Under the pieces are notes generated by a model. The model saw only the letters and a list, made by a program, of their open reading frames with translations. It was not told where the DNA came from and did not search any database. This document shows, in pieces, positions 46,109 to 55,771 of a DNA stretch of 64,000 bases. The DNA comes from Planctomycetota bacterium. Its GTDB lineage: Bacteria; Planctomycetota; UBA8108; SXIK01. Both the position numbers and the translations under genes were made by a program. The stretch is from positions 3,744,001 through 3,808,000 of the forward strand of contig OZ244999.1 in NCBI GenBank assembly GCA_965223265.1. The letters run 5' to 3'. Each line of letters begins with the position of its first letter. Positions within the stretch are counted from its first letter, which is position 1.

Positions 46109-47692
46109 TCACTGCACCTGAAACGAGTAGAGATCCGCTTGCTCGAGGTGAAACCGCAGCCGTACGACCCGACCGCGCAGAGTCCGGAGCGGCCGCGTCC
46201 ACTTGGGCTCGAAACGAATGTCGTCGATGCGGGTGTAGGTCTTGGCGTCGTAGCCCGAGAAACCGAGGATCGGCTGCTCCTGGACGTCGAGAATCTCGAC
46301 TCGCAGGGAACCCGCTTTCGCATCGACGTTGACGACGAGCCGCTCGCCTGCGAGTCGAAACGGACGCGTCACAACCTCGCCGGGTCCGTGGCCGACGTGA
46401 AGGCCGACGAAACCGTCAAGCCGCAGCGTCGCCACGCCGATCGTCGCCGTGCGCTCAAACCAAACCGGCGGCTCAAGCTCGGCCGTCCCATGACGCTCGT
46501 TCGAGCCACTGTAGTAAAGCCAGTGCTTGTCCGCGAACGTGACCACCGTCGAGCTCGGGAACACCGAATCCTTATCGAAGCTTCCAGGCGGGCCGCGCGG
46601 CACGATCGGCCTCCCGGCGTAAACCCACTGGAGGTCCCACGAGGCGCAGTCCCGGCTTGTGGCGATGTAGAACTCCATGACGTCGCGATCGTGACGCCGG
46701 ACGTGATCGCTCTCTCGGCCTTCGCTAATGTCGCCTGGATACTCGTAGACTGACAAAAGTCCGAAGTAAACGCCTTCGTAGATCCAAACTGTCATAGAGT
46801 AAATCTGCCGCCGCAGATACTCCTTCGGACCTTCGCGGTGGAACCACCACTCGCTTACAGTCTCCCAGCGCCCCGGCGCTGCGTGGATGTCCGCGTTCGT
46901 CATGCTACGCGTGCCCCTGACCTCGAAATCCTTCGCCGCGGTGTACGCCACCGGACCACCTCCGGCGCCGAAGTCGGTACGCGTGAACAGCCGATAGGTT
47001 CGCGCCGCACCGTCCCACAGAATCTGGTTGTGGCAGTCCGCAGCGCGATAGGTGACCGGCTTGCCGTCGTTGAGCGGCGTCCAGTGAGTACCGTCGCGCG
47101 AGACCGCAATCCCGGCTGCCATTCCCGGCGCGTCGTAGCCGCCCAGATAGCGGTGCGCAGAGTCCGAGCCGGGACGATTGAGCTCCACAGCAAGGTTGTA
47201 ATCGCCCGCGAAGTTGATGCCGCTCAGCTTCCCCTTAGATTCGAACTTGAGCCCATCGCTCGACTCGGCGTAACCATAACCGTCGCCGCTGGGAAGACGG
47301 TACCACATCTGAAAGCGATCACCGTCGCGTCGCACACTGCCGTAGAAACGCCCTGCCTCAAAGATCGCCCGCGCGCCGTTCTCCTTCGTCACCCGCCCGA
47401 GACTACGTTCGACGCCTGGCATGCGCTCGATGACGTAATCATCGACGAAGAGCTGCTTGGCGGTACCGACCTCAACGAATTCCGTCGGCGCCCGAGTCGA
47501 TTGGCCGGCGAACAGGGTGGTGACAACAAACGCGCAACTGGCGCACGACCAGAAAAAACGCACAGAACCTCCCAATGCCAAAACGCAAGCTCGACCCTTC
47601 AGGTGGGGCACGCGCGCTCCAATGCTCGAACTCATGCTCTCTCCTGCAGCCGCGTCGTTAGAGGCGTCTCTATCCATCAAACGCTCATCCAA
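46109..47692 (-). CDS. Five-bladed beta-propeller glycoside hydrolase-like protein
   Basis: QLFVDDYVI, YAESSDG, SRDGTHW, QIYSM, SRDCASW, LYYSG, LRLDGF, LYSFQ. Start uncertain. Confidence 0.7.
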   Translation of the reverse strand: MDERLMDRDASNDAAAGESMSSSIGARVPHLKGRACVLALGGSVRFFWSCASCAFVVTTLFAGQSTRAPTEFVEVGTAKQLFVDDYVIERMPGVERSLGRVTKENGARAIFEAGRFYGSVRRDGDRFQMWYRLPSGDGYGYAESSDGLKFESKGKLSGINFAGDYNLAVELNRPGSDSAHRYLGGYDAPGMAAGIAVSRDGTHWTPLNDGKPVTYRAADCHNQILWDGAARTYRLFTRTDFGAGGGPVAYTAAKDFEVRGTRSMTNADIHAAPGRWETVSEWWFHREGPKEYLRRQIYSMTVWIYEGVYFGLLSVYEYPGDISEGRESDHVRRHDRDVMEFYIATSRDCASWDLQWVYAGRPIVPRGPPGSFDKDSVFPSSTVVTFADKHWLYYSGSNERHGTAELEPPVWFERTATIGVATLRLDGFVGLHVGHGPGEVVTRPFRLAGERLVVNVDAKAGSLRVEILDVQEQPILGFSGYDAKTYTRIDDIRFEPKWTRPLRTLRGRVVRLRFHLEQADLYSFQVQ

Positions 47693-47698
47693 GCTTCC

Positions 47699-48142
47699 CT
47701 ACTGGCGTACACGGCTTGACTTGACGAACATGACGATCTCTGATCGTCCCGTCCCGCGCCTTCTGAAGAAGTAGAGATCCTTAGACCTCGGCGCAGCCCA
47801 GCCCCACGCGCCTCCGCTCACGAAGCGTTCGAATTGAGCCCAGATAGCCACATTGTGGGGCGGCGAGAACAGCGCCCGTCGCCGGCGATTGCAATCGCCG
47901 TCATCGTGCTGCATCCAGAAACCGACGATCGAGCCGCTGCTAAAAGCGACTCTCGCCTTCTCAACCCACGACGCCTTCAGCTGGTCTGACTCGGCGATCT
48001 CGCCATAGTTCTGCGGCAGCGAATGCAGCGTTTCCACTTCGTCGCGAAACTCCTCCGCTAGCCTCGCCGCTTCTTCGTGCGAGAGGGAGTAGCAACCAAA
48101 AGAAACTGTCGAGATCAACACCAGACTTCCAGTCTGCGTCAT
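47699..48142 (-). CDS. Hypothetical protein (possible lipoprotein)
   Basis: GGAGG SD; hydrophobic start ending SFGC. Confidence 0.55.
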   Translation of the reverse strand: MTQTGSLVLISTVSFGCYSLSHEEAARLAEEFRDEVETLHSLPQNYGEIAESDQLKASWVEKARVAFSSGSIVGFWMQHDDGDCNRRRRALFSPPHNVAIWAQFERFVSGGAWGWAAPRSKDLYFFRRRGTGRSEIVMFVKSSRVRQ

Positions 48143-48201
48143 TGTCGCCTCCGCGGTCTACGCGATGCGATCAGCCCGACACCCACCCGCAGGACGGAAC
48201 G

Positions 48202-49407
48202 TCAATCGGACGGCTCAGAACTCTGACTCTCCACCAGCCCCGCGGCAAACTGTAGCAAGTCTTCACGCTCTCTCGCGTTCGTCAGCAATCGCGAATAGTT
48301 GCCGGCTTGCTCGCAGAGCGCCGTCAGACTCGGCGCCAACGTCGGCCGCACGTTCGTCGGAGCAAGGTACTTCAGATAGGCGTCAATCGCATCGCTATGG
48401 CGCCCAACGCGATGCAGCAAGTAAACCAGCACCTCTCCGGGAAAATGGCGGCCCTCTTCGTCAGGCGTGTGTCTGTCAGCCGCTTGGGTGAAGTAGCGCA
48501 CCGCACCGTCCACACCCTCGCCGATGAGGGCGCGCAGAAAAATTCGATAGTCGTTGTAGAAGTCTTCGAACGGCGGCACGTCAGGATGCTGAAAGTCGCG
48601 ACCGAGCTTGCGACCGTACTCGGTCATTTGCAGGGCCTTCGAGAGTGCATCATGATCCGTCAAGGAGGCTGCAACCCGGACCACCGACATCAAATGACTG
48701 ACATCGACATGATAGCCAAACCCTTCGAAGAGCCAGTCTCTTCCCTCGATCAGACCGCGAAGATCCGCCTTCGAGAGATCCTCTTCTGGCTTAGGACGAT
48801 CGTCCCGTGACTCGATGTCCGCTCGGACGTTTTCGACCAAGTCGTTATAGAGCCGAGTGACGAGTAGCTCACCGCAGTGCTCTCTGACGTCCCCCTTGTA
48901 TGCGAACTGATGCTCGAAAAGGGTGATCGCCCTGCACACTCCGTAATGTTCTAGTACGAGCTTGTAGCCGTGCTTCGGATTGGCGCCTTGGTTGAGCGCA
49001 ATGTCGACGACCTCGTCGAGTTGGTTGAGTTCGTTCTCATCGTCGCTCTCGGGGTCCATCTGCCACTTCGAGATCGATTCCGCAACCAGCTTCGGCTCGT
49101 CGATCGCACGAAAGTAAGGCCATGCACCCGAGATATTATTGTCCTCAAGATAGAGCTTGCCGACCTTCCGACACACCTCGATGTAGTACTCCTCGACCTC
49201 GCCCTGGACGTGCTCTGGAAGATCGCTGATCGACTCGGTGCCTTGAAGCGGCAACTGCAGCTGATGGCGCTTCTTCATCAGAAGTGCTTCGAAAAGCTGC
49301 GGATACTCCTTCTTGGCCTCGAGGATTTCGATGAGTCGGTCAAACGCAGCATCGACTCCGTCTTCTTCGAGAGTCTTCTCGAGAGCGGAAAACGGATCTT
49401 CGGTCAT
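48202..49407 (-). CDS. Conserved helical hypothetical protein
   Basis: 401-aa acidic ORF with GAGGAG SD; AWPYFRAI, GVCRAIT, YHVDVSHL motifs. Confidence 0.8.
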   Translation of the reverse strand: MTEDPFSALEKTLEEDGVDAAFDRLIEILEAKKEYPQLFEALLMKKRHQLQLPLQGTESISDLPEHVQGEVEEYYIEVCRKVGKLYLEDNNISGAWPYFRAIDEPKLVAESISKWQMDPESDDENELNQLDEVVDIALNQGANPKHGYKLVLEHYGVCRAITLFEHQFAYKGDVREHCGELLVTRLYNDLVENVRADIESRDDRPKPEEDLSKADLRGLIEGRDWLFEGFGYHVDVSHLMSVVRVAASLTDHDALSKALQMTEYGRKLGRDFQHPDVPPFEDFYNDYRIFLRALIGEGVDGAVRYFTQAADRHTPDEEGRHFPGEVLVYLLHRVGRHSDAIDAYLKYLAPTNVRPTLAPSLTALCEQAGNYSRLLTNAREREDLLQFAAGLVESQSSEPSD

Positions 49408-49609
49408 TGATTCGAAAACTCCTCAAAGCATAGATCGAAAGCGTACGCGTCGGAGCCGCAAACGCATGCGACGCGCTCATGACGGACGAAGGAGAGATCT
49501 GCTTAGGTTTTGAGGCGGCAGGCAAAGGGCGTCAACACGCCGCCGGGACGTGTGGGCCCACGACCTGAGAGGGTCGATGAGGGTGCTGCTCACTCTCGAC
49601 CGTATTATA
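49408..49609 (-). promoter_or_regulatory. TATAAT -10 and structured ~190-nt 5' leader
   Basis: Perfect TATAAT at 49609-49604; leader contains CCTCAAA..AGATC / GATCT..TTTGAGG arms that would cover the SD. Confidence 0.4.
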
Positions 49610-49693
49610 GCGCCGAAGCTGCGTTGACCCAGAGGTTTACGTGAGCCTGGGGTCGGCGGCAGACGATCGCAGGTGCGGCCTTCGTCGGAGTGG

Positions 49694-50233
49694 TTAGTTG
49701 AGCACGCTCGACTCTTCGTGCTCGCACCCAGCATCCAGACAGCCGCTGTGGTACCACGAAGACTCATGCTCAGTGACCTCGCCACCCGCGAGCATACTCG
49801 ATACCAACATCTTACCGCACGCAGCGCAGCGTTCATTGAGATCGGGAACCTTGACGACCGTCTCCGCGACGACCACCACTTCGCACTTCTGCGTTGCTTC
49901 GCTGTAGTCGGCAACCTCTCGACGAGAACATTCCGCGAGCAGGCTCTGAATCTCGTGAGCCAGACTCTCCGGGATCTCGACGGTCGCCTCTTCTGCCACC
50001 GCGGCTTCGAACTCTTCGATCTCCGTCAGACCGTTTTCCGCTCGTTCCTTCGGGGTGTTCTCGGCGTCGAAGAACTCGTCCAGCTTGCGGATCAAATACC
50101 GCTGCGACACTTCCAGGCGGTCGATGCGCTCAAGGAGGTCTTCTTGCCCTTCGGAGACGCGCTTTCGAATGGACGTCAGCTCGATCAACTGGCGACGGAT
50201 TTCACGTTCGAAATCGTGCTTGCTCCAGACCAT
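49694..50233 (-). CDS. Coiled-coil protein with C-terminal CxxC-x22-HxxC zinc finger
   Basis: AGGA SD; N-terminal coiled coil; CAAC...WYHSGC. Confidence 0.65.
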   Translation of the reverse strand: MVWSKHDFEREIRRQLIELTSIRKRVSEGQEDLLERIDRLEVSQRYLIRKLDEFFDAENTPKERAENGLTEIEEFEAAVAEEATVEIPESLAHEIQSLLAECSRREVADYSEATQKCEVVVVAETVVKVPDLNERCAACGKMLVSSMLAGGEVTEHESSWYHSGCLDAGCEHEESSVLN

Positions 50234-50641
50234 GTTTTCCTACCGCATTCTTTAGCAGCCGGATGAAAAGTTGCCCCGAGCCAACAAATGGTCTCTTCGT
50301 CTCCGACGGCTGTCAAACCACTCCGTACGTGCCCAACGATCAAACAATCAATCAGCTTCGGAGATTGTTGTATCAGGTTGGGCGCCTCACTTCACTTCTG
50401 AATCAGGCCGCCTCAGACGCGCGGCACGATTTCGCACGCCGCCGCATGAATCGCAACAAGGTAGAACCCCAAATCCGCACCTGTTGTGACTTGTCTAACG
50501 TGCCTGATTCCAGGTCGAAATTCTATCGAACGCCTGTGCGAATTCCTAACCAAAAAGCCTGTTTTGGCGGCGTCGAACGCGGTACCGGTAATCGTCCGGT
50601 CGTACCAGAAAGCCGCAGCGACATCGGCGTCGACCGACACC

Positions 50642-51679
50642 TCAGGGCGCAAAAAGCGGTTGGGTCCAGGCATACTCGCCGCGGCTCGAGACGACGCGAG
50701 CGCGAACGTACTTGTCACCGGCGCGAAGAGTGTAAGACGAGCTCAACTCCTTGACGCGAGCGAGGACGCGCCCCCCTTGACCAATGTAAAACGTAGTGAA
50801 CTTCGTGTCGCCCTCCTTCTCTACCTCGACGCGTAGCGTACTGTCTTCATGGGCGAGGTCGGCTAAGGTGACACCGGTCGAACAGTAGTAGTTGCCAGCT
50901 TCGAACGCGGTGCGAATTGCACTCCGCGTTAGCTCCGCAGCCCGCACCATGATCCATCCCTTGCCAGGATTTGACTCCCGTGGTCCCCAGGTCTGGAAGT
51001 TGTGAGCGTCATCGACCGCAACCCCAAAGATCCGCTGACCTCTACTGAGGAGGTCATCCCACATCTCCTCAAGACTCGGATACCCACCGCCACCAAAGTT
51101 GTGGACACCGGGATGGCCGTTGAAAATCTCAAAATGCTTGAGCCCCTTGATTCCAGCGAGGTCGTCCGCCGAGAGCGACCAGCGGAAGTTGGGATGATTC
51201 ACATGAGGGATGCCACCGGCAGCGTGGATCGCATCGACATTACGCTGCAGGGTCTCGCGCACGGACCCACCGCGCCGAGGACCAACGACACGGTTCGAAT
51301 CGACCGCGTTGATATGGACCTGCACCTCATCGAAGCGATCGGTCACCTCCTCCCCGGGGATCAGCAGAAATGGCCTTTTGCCGCGAACATAAACTTCGCG
51401 ATCGAATTCGCGCTGCAGCAGATCGATCTGAGTGTAGTAGTTGTGATCGCTGAGGACGAGAAAATCATATTCGTGGTCTCGATACCAATGGGCCACTTCG
51501 CCGGGCGCACTGTCGCCGTCAGAGTTGAGCGTGTGGGTGTGCGTGTTGCCCTTGAACCATTTCAGCTCTCCAGCGCCTGACGTTGCGATAGCGCTGTGGT
51601 GAAAGCGCACCGCGATCGCCGCAAGAACGAAAAGCAATGCCATCACAAATAGGCGGATCGGTGAACCACGTGAATCCAT
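50642..51679 (-). CDS. PHP-family (CehA/McbA-like) metallohydrolase
   Basis: KGNTHTHT..SDG, LSDHN, GEE, NHP, EIFNGH, DDAH, AWTQP; AAGGAG SD. Confidence 0.88.
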   Translation of the reverse strand: MDSRGSPIRLFVMALLFVLAAIAVRFHHSAIATSGAGELKWFKGNTHTHTLNSDGDSAPGEVAHWYRDHEYDFLVLSDHNYYTQIDLLQREFDREVYVRGKRPFLLIPGEEVTDRFDEVQVHINAVDSNRVVGPRRGGSVRETLQRNVDAIHAAGGIPHVNHPNFRWSLSADDLAGIKGLKHFEIFNGHPGVHNFGGGGYPSLEEMWDDLLSRGQRIFGVAVDDAHNFQTWGPRESNPGKGWIMVRAAELTRSAIRTAFEAGNYYCSTGVTLADLAHEDSTLRVEVEKEGDTKFTTFYIGQGGRVLARVKELSSSYTLRAGDKYVRARVVSSRGEYAWTQPLFAP

Positions 51680-51945
51680 AGCGGTGCTCCTTGTCGCACT
51701 CTCAGCTGGTTGATGGAACGCTCAGCATACTCCGTTGCGACGCTACGAACAACGGTTCGCGGCATCGTGCACGAAAACCCGGCGGGAAAAAAGACGTAGC
51801 GGGGGTGGTGGTGACGTGGTTCCATCGACTCGGCGAGGTGAATCAGCGGAGTTGAGTTGAGTCCTATTGGCAGCCGGGCGCTGAGCGCGTCCGCGCGGGC
51901 GTCGAGAGACCCATCGTCGGACGTCAAACCGTTCTCATCGCAATC

Positions 51946-54900
51946 ATGCAGTCGATCTCAGAACGATCGAGGGCGATGCCTCTGGCCGTTTTCTGGCAAC
52001 TCGTGCTGACGTTGCTTCATGCCTCAGTGCTGAGCGACGTTACCGACGATCTGGAGTGCGCCGGCGGCCTGCGCTCGCTGCGCGCCCCTGTGCGCCTGCC
52101 CCTCGAAGCACCTCAGGGCATTACCATCGACGAAGGTACAGACACGCTCTGGATTTCGTCTGCAATCTCTTACTCGCTTCTGCAAGTGGACCGTCAGCTA
52201 CGCGTTCTCGGTCGACTCGACGTTCCCTTTCCTCCGATTCTCGGCGGCGGCATCACCGGCGTCGCCTATTTCGAAGCTGCCGATTCGTTTTTCGTTGCCA
52301 ATCCGCGTCTCGGGGAAGTCTGGGAGATCGATCGCGGTGGCGAGGCAACGGGGAGAGTCCTGCCGCTAAGCCAGACGACCACAGAGCCGCTGCCGGAAGT
52401 CTTCCCGCGGGGCATCGCGTTCGACGGCTCAGGAGATTCCGGCGCCGGGTCGATCTGGGTCATCGAGGCAAGCTCGGCGGCGATCCTAGAGATTGGACTC
52501 GCAGGAAGCGGAGAGGTCCTTCGCTCGTTCTGCCACCCCGACGACAGTGACGGCTGCAGCCTGGGCAGTCAAACGACATTCTCACGCGACGTCGGCATCG
52601 TCTCTAGTGCGGGTGGCGACGCGATCACGTTTGAGGTCATCGGCGGTGTCCCCGGGGCTGAAGTGCTGCACCGCGTATCACTCAGCGGCGAAGTCATCCC
52701 ACCCAGCTTGCCGCTGCGCGTGATCGGCGGCAGCCCCGGCGGTTTCGTGCGCGATCGCATTGCAGAGGCGGGTGGGGGACTCGTCGACGTCTACTACGTC
52801 ACCGTCGAATCGAGCGCTGAGCTGCACGTTTTGGAACGCGTAACGCCGAAGCTTCTCCCGATCACCGAGTTCGCTTGCCGCTCGACTTCCACAGACGTCG
52901 AGTTGTCCTGGCGCAACTACGACGCGTACGAACGGATCGAGCTCTATCGCGACGAGGAGCTCGCCGCCACCCTCGCGGGAACGACTGCAACGCACATCGA
53001 CCCCTCGCCGAGGCACGGAGTTCTTGACTACCGCGTGCGCGCGGTGTCCGGCGAGTGCACAACCGACGCGCGGTGCACCGCGGTGATGGGCGCCGGACGC
53101 GTCATGCGGTCGGCACCATTCGACTACGAAAACCCTTTCGACATGACACAGGACGCAGACGGGAATCTCTGGGTCACTACGGCAGACGAAATCGTGCGCC
53201 TCGACCGCGAATTGAACCTGTCGGCACTCCTTCCCGGGCCATTCACGGACGACTCAGCGCTGGTCACCGGCATTGCGTTCGACGAGGACCGCGGTGTGTT
53301 GTACGTCTACGACACTGTGTCGCACAGTATCACCGCGATCGAGGCGACCTCAGGAGACGTCGTCGACGAACCGTTCCCTAGCGGTCTGCCTCCAGACCCC
53401 GAAGTCTCTCATTTCGTCACCAAGCTGCTCTTCGATGCAGACGGAGCCGGCGGCGAGGGCACTTTCTGGCTCTTGGACACTTCAGACGGCGCTCTCGAGG
53501 AGCGCTCGCGTGCGGGCGAACTCCTTCGGCGCTGTCCGGTCCCCGGCCGTAGCCAAGGACTCACTGCCGAGGATGAACCGCGACTACCGCCCCTCGCCGG
53601 TCTGTCGGGGGCTGAGCCGCGCGGCTTTACGAGGCTTGAGTTTGCCACGGCGGACCTTCGCGCGCCTCGCGTCGACCGCATCGTCGAGCTCGACATCGCT
53701 TCCTGCTCTACGACCGGCCAGGAAATCCCGCTTGCTGGAATTGCGGCGAAGGCTTCACTGCAGCGGCTAATCTATCACCGCAGCCGCGTTCCCGATATAC
53801 CACCCACGGCGTACGTCGTGAGCGGATTCGCCGCTGAAAGGAGCGTCCACGCGATCGACGTCAGTCGCCCACCCGTCCCCCATCCGTCAAATCTTTCGTG
53901 CGCTCAGCTCTCGTCGCAGCCGAGTGCGGACATCGAATTCGACTTCGCCGTGAGCGTCGATGAAATCGAAATTCGGCGTGACGGCGAGGTCATTGCAGTG
54001 CTTCCAGGAGAGCAGCGCCACCATGTCGATGTCGACGTTTCCCTCGGCGAGCACCACTATTCGGTGCGCGGCCGCATCGGCACGCAGTTTGGCGACGAAC
54101 GCACATGCTCACTCGTGATCGGACCCGGCTCGCTTGCGTCCTACAACTTCGACGCACCATCCGGTGCGCTCACGCACCAGGTCGTCTTCGATTCGCAGCG
54201 CGAGGAGTACATCGCCGCGGCGTCTTTGCGGCGATTTGCTGGCGAGCTCCGCGTCTTTGATCGCGCTTTCGCTCCGCTGCGCAGTCTGCCCTCACCGTTC
54301 GTCGACCCCTTCGTGATCGCTGCATTAGCGCTGCGCGAAACCTCTCCGAACGGTGAAGGTGAGACAGGCGTGGAACTCTACTGCTTGGGCTGGCAGCCGG
54401 GGGCGCTTCCGGGCGCTCAGAGAGTACTCCCAGTTCGCGTCGTCGACGGGGCGGGCGCCACGATGCGAGCCTTCGAGATCGCGCCTCCTGAACCACGTGG
54501 CAGCTTCGTCACCTTTCCTAGCGGTATGGCTTGGGACGCAGCGACAGATACGCTGTGGTATCTCGAGCGCAACGCGGCACAGGTCGTCAACGTCGATTTG
54601 AACGGCACGACGCTCGCAAGCTTTCCACACCCAGCGCCGATTCACCAAGATGGAGTGCAGAACTTCGGCATCGCCATCGCGTCTCATTTGAACACGCTCT
54701 ACTTGACGAGCGCTGATGTACTGGATCAGCACATCTCCAAAATCGTCGAAGTGAGCCGCAGTGGCCGTTTGACGGGAGTTGAGATCCCAGTCAATCCACT
54801 CGGCTTCTACGAGAACATCCGAGGATTCACGCTCCTCCCCGACGCGACACAATTCGTGGTCGCCGCTTCTGGCTCTGGCAACTTCGATTGGCTCACTCAT

Positions 54901-55416
54901 CGAGCGTTCGCTCCGGTGCCTCCCGTCCGTGATCTCCGCTCGATAAGGGTCAACGACAGCGTCGAGCTCGAGTGGTCAAACGCAGCCGTCTACGAGGCGG
55001 TTGCTGTTATCCGCGACGGAGTCCGCGTTGCCACACTCGCCGGGGAGTCAAGCGCGTGGACGGACCACTCACCGCTCACGACCGTCAGCACCTACCGAGT
55101 TGCGCCCCTGCTAGGACAGCTTGAAGGGCCTGGGGTCGTCTGCGAAACGCCAACGCCGCGCCCCTTTCTACGCGGTGATGCCGACCCAAACGGGTCGCTC
55201 GACATCGCAGACCCCGTCGCCATCCTCAACTATCTCTTCCTCAGCGCTACAGAGATCGCATGTCTCGACGCTGCCGATGGCAACGATGACGGCAGCGTCG
55301 ACATCTCCGACCCGATCGGCCTTCTCAACTTTCTGTTCGTCGACGGCACGCCGCCGGCCTTCCCGCATCCGCTTGCAGGGTTTGATCCGACCCCGGACGA
55401 GCTCGAGTGTCGCTGA
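51946..55416 (+). CDS. Large secreted protein: three propeller + Ig/Fn3-like modules and C-terminal dockerin-like domain
   Basis: Signal peptide; three LxW..Y..I..RDG..ATL.G..D modules; FLRGDADPNGSLDIAD..CLDAADGNDDGSVDISD..DPTPDELEC. Confidence 0.85.
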   Translation: MQSISERSRAMPLAVFWQLVLTLLHASVLSDVTDDLECAGGLRSLRAPVRLPLEAPQGITIDEGTDTLWISSAISYSLLQVDRQLRVLGRLDVPFPPILGGGITGVAYFEAADSFFVANPRLGEVWEIDRGGEATGRVLPLSQTTTEPLPEVFPRGIAFDGSGDSGAGSIWVIEASSAAILEIGLAGSGEVLRSFCHPDDSDGCSLGSQTTFSRDVGIVSSAGGDAITFEVIGGVPGAEVLHRVSLSGEVIPPSLPLRVIGGSPGGFVRDRIAEAGGGLVDVYYVTVESSAELHVLERVTPKLLPITEFACRSTSTDVELSWRNYDAYERIELYRDEELAATLAGTTATHIDPSPRHGVLDYRVRAVSGECTTDARCTAVMGAGRVMRSAPFDYENPFDMTQDADGNLWVTTADEIVRLDRELNLSALLPGPFTDDSALVTGIAFDEDRGVLYVYDTVSHSITAIEATSGDVVDEPFPSGLPPDPEVSHFVTKLLFDADGAGGEGTFWLLDTSDGALEERSRAGELLRRCPVPGRSQGLTAEDEPRLPPLAGLSGAEPRGFTRLEFATADLRAPRVDRIVELDIASCSTTGQEIPLAGIAAKASLQRLIYHRSRVPDIPPTAYVVSGFAAERSVHAIDVSRPPVPHPSNLSCAQLSSQPSADIEFDFAVSVDEIEIRRDGEVIAVLPGEQRHHVDVDVSLGEHHYSVRGRIGTQFGDERTCSLVIGPGSLASYNFDAPSGALTHQVVFDSQREEYIAAASLRRFAGELRVFDRAFAPLRSLPSPFVDPFVIAALALRETSPNGEGETGVELYCLGWQPGALPGAQRVLPVRVVDGAGATMRAFEIAPPEPRGSFVTFPSGMAWDAATDTLWYLERNAAQVVNVDLNGTTLASFPHPAPIHQDGVQNFGIAIASHLNTLYLTSADVLDQHISKIVEVSRSGRLTGVEIPVNPLGFYENIRGFTLLPDATQFVVAASGSGNFDWLTHRAFAPVPPVRDLRSIRVNDSVELEWSNAAVYEAVAVIRDGVRVATLAGESSAWTDHSPLTTVSTYRVAPLLGQLEGPGVVCETPTPRPFLRGDADPNGSLDIADPVAILNYLFLSATEIACLDAADGNDDGSVDISDPIGLLNFLFVDGTPPAFPHPLAGFDPTPDELECR

Positions 55417-55440
55417 GTGATGGGTGAACCTCGAGTTTAG

Positions 55441-55599
55441 CAGCCTGTTGAAAAAGTGCTTCGAGTCGAAAACTGGTCGCTTCGCGTCCAGATCGGCCGC
55501 GGCGAACGTAGGTAATCTCCGCGATTATCGAGGCTCGCCGCGGTCGATCTGGGCGTGAAGAGGCCAGTTTCTCGGCCGAATGACTTTTTCAACGGGCTG
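55441..55599. mobile_element. 159-bp MITE-like element (IS5/IS1182-type ends)
   Basis: 17-bp terminal IRs CAGCCTGTTGAAAAAGT / ACTTTTTCAACGGGCTG (16/17 match), flanked by TTAG direct repeats (55437-40, 55600-03); no transposase. Confidence 0.75.
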
Positions 55600-55616
55600 T
55601 TAGCCATTCTGCACAT

Positions 55617-55771
55617 CAAAGTAGCAGGCACGCTCTCCGAGGCTGTGAGTTCTTCGATCGCGCCAGAGAAACTCAGGGGCACCTCCGGAACGGCACACGG
55701 AGTGTGCCTGCTACTTTGAAGAGGCGGCGGCAGGTCTTGATAGTAGCAGGCACACTCCGTGTGCCGTTCCG
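55617..55771. repeat. Cluster of three GTAG-type REP palindromes (REPIN-like)
   Basis: GTAGCAGGCACACTCCGTGTGCCGTTCC forward at 55743-55770, its reverse complement at 55687-55714, degenerate forward copy at 55621; internal GGCACAC/GTGTGCC palindrome. Confidence 0.8.

Noticed and set aside
49560-49575. CTCTCAGG motif suggesting a glycine riboswitch
   Set aside because: The accompanying GGAGA..CCGAAG aptamer elements are not present in the right order on that strand.
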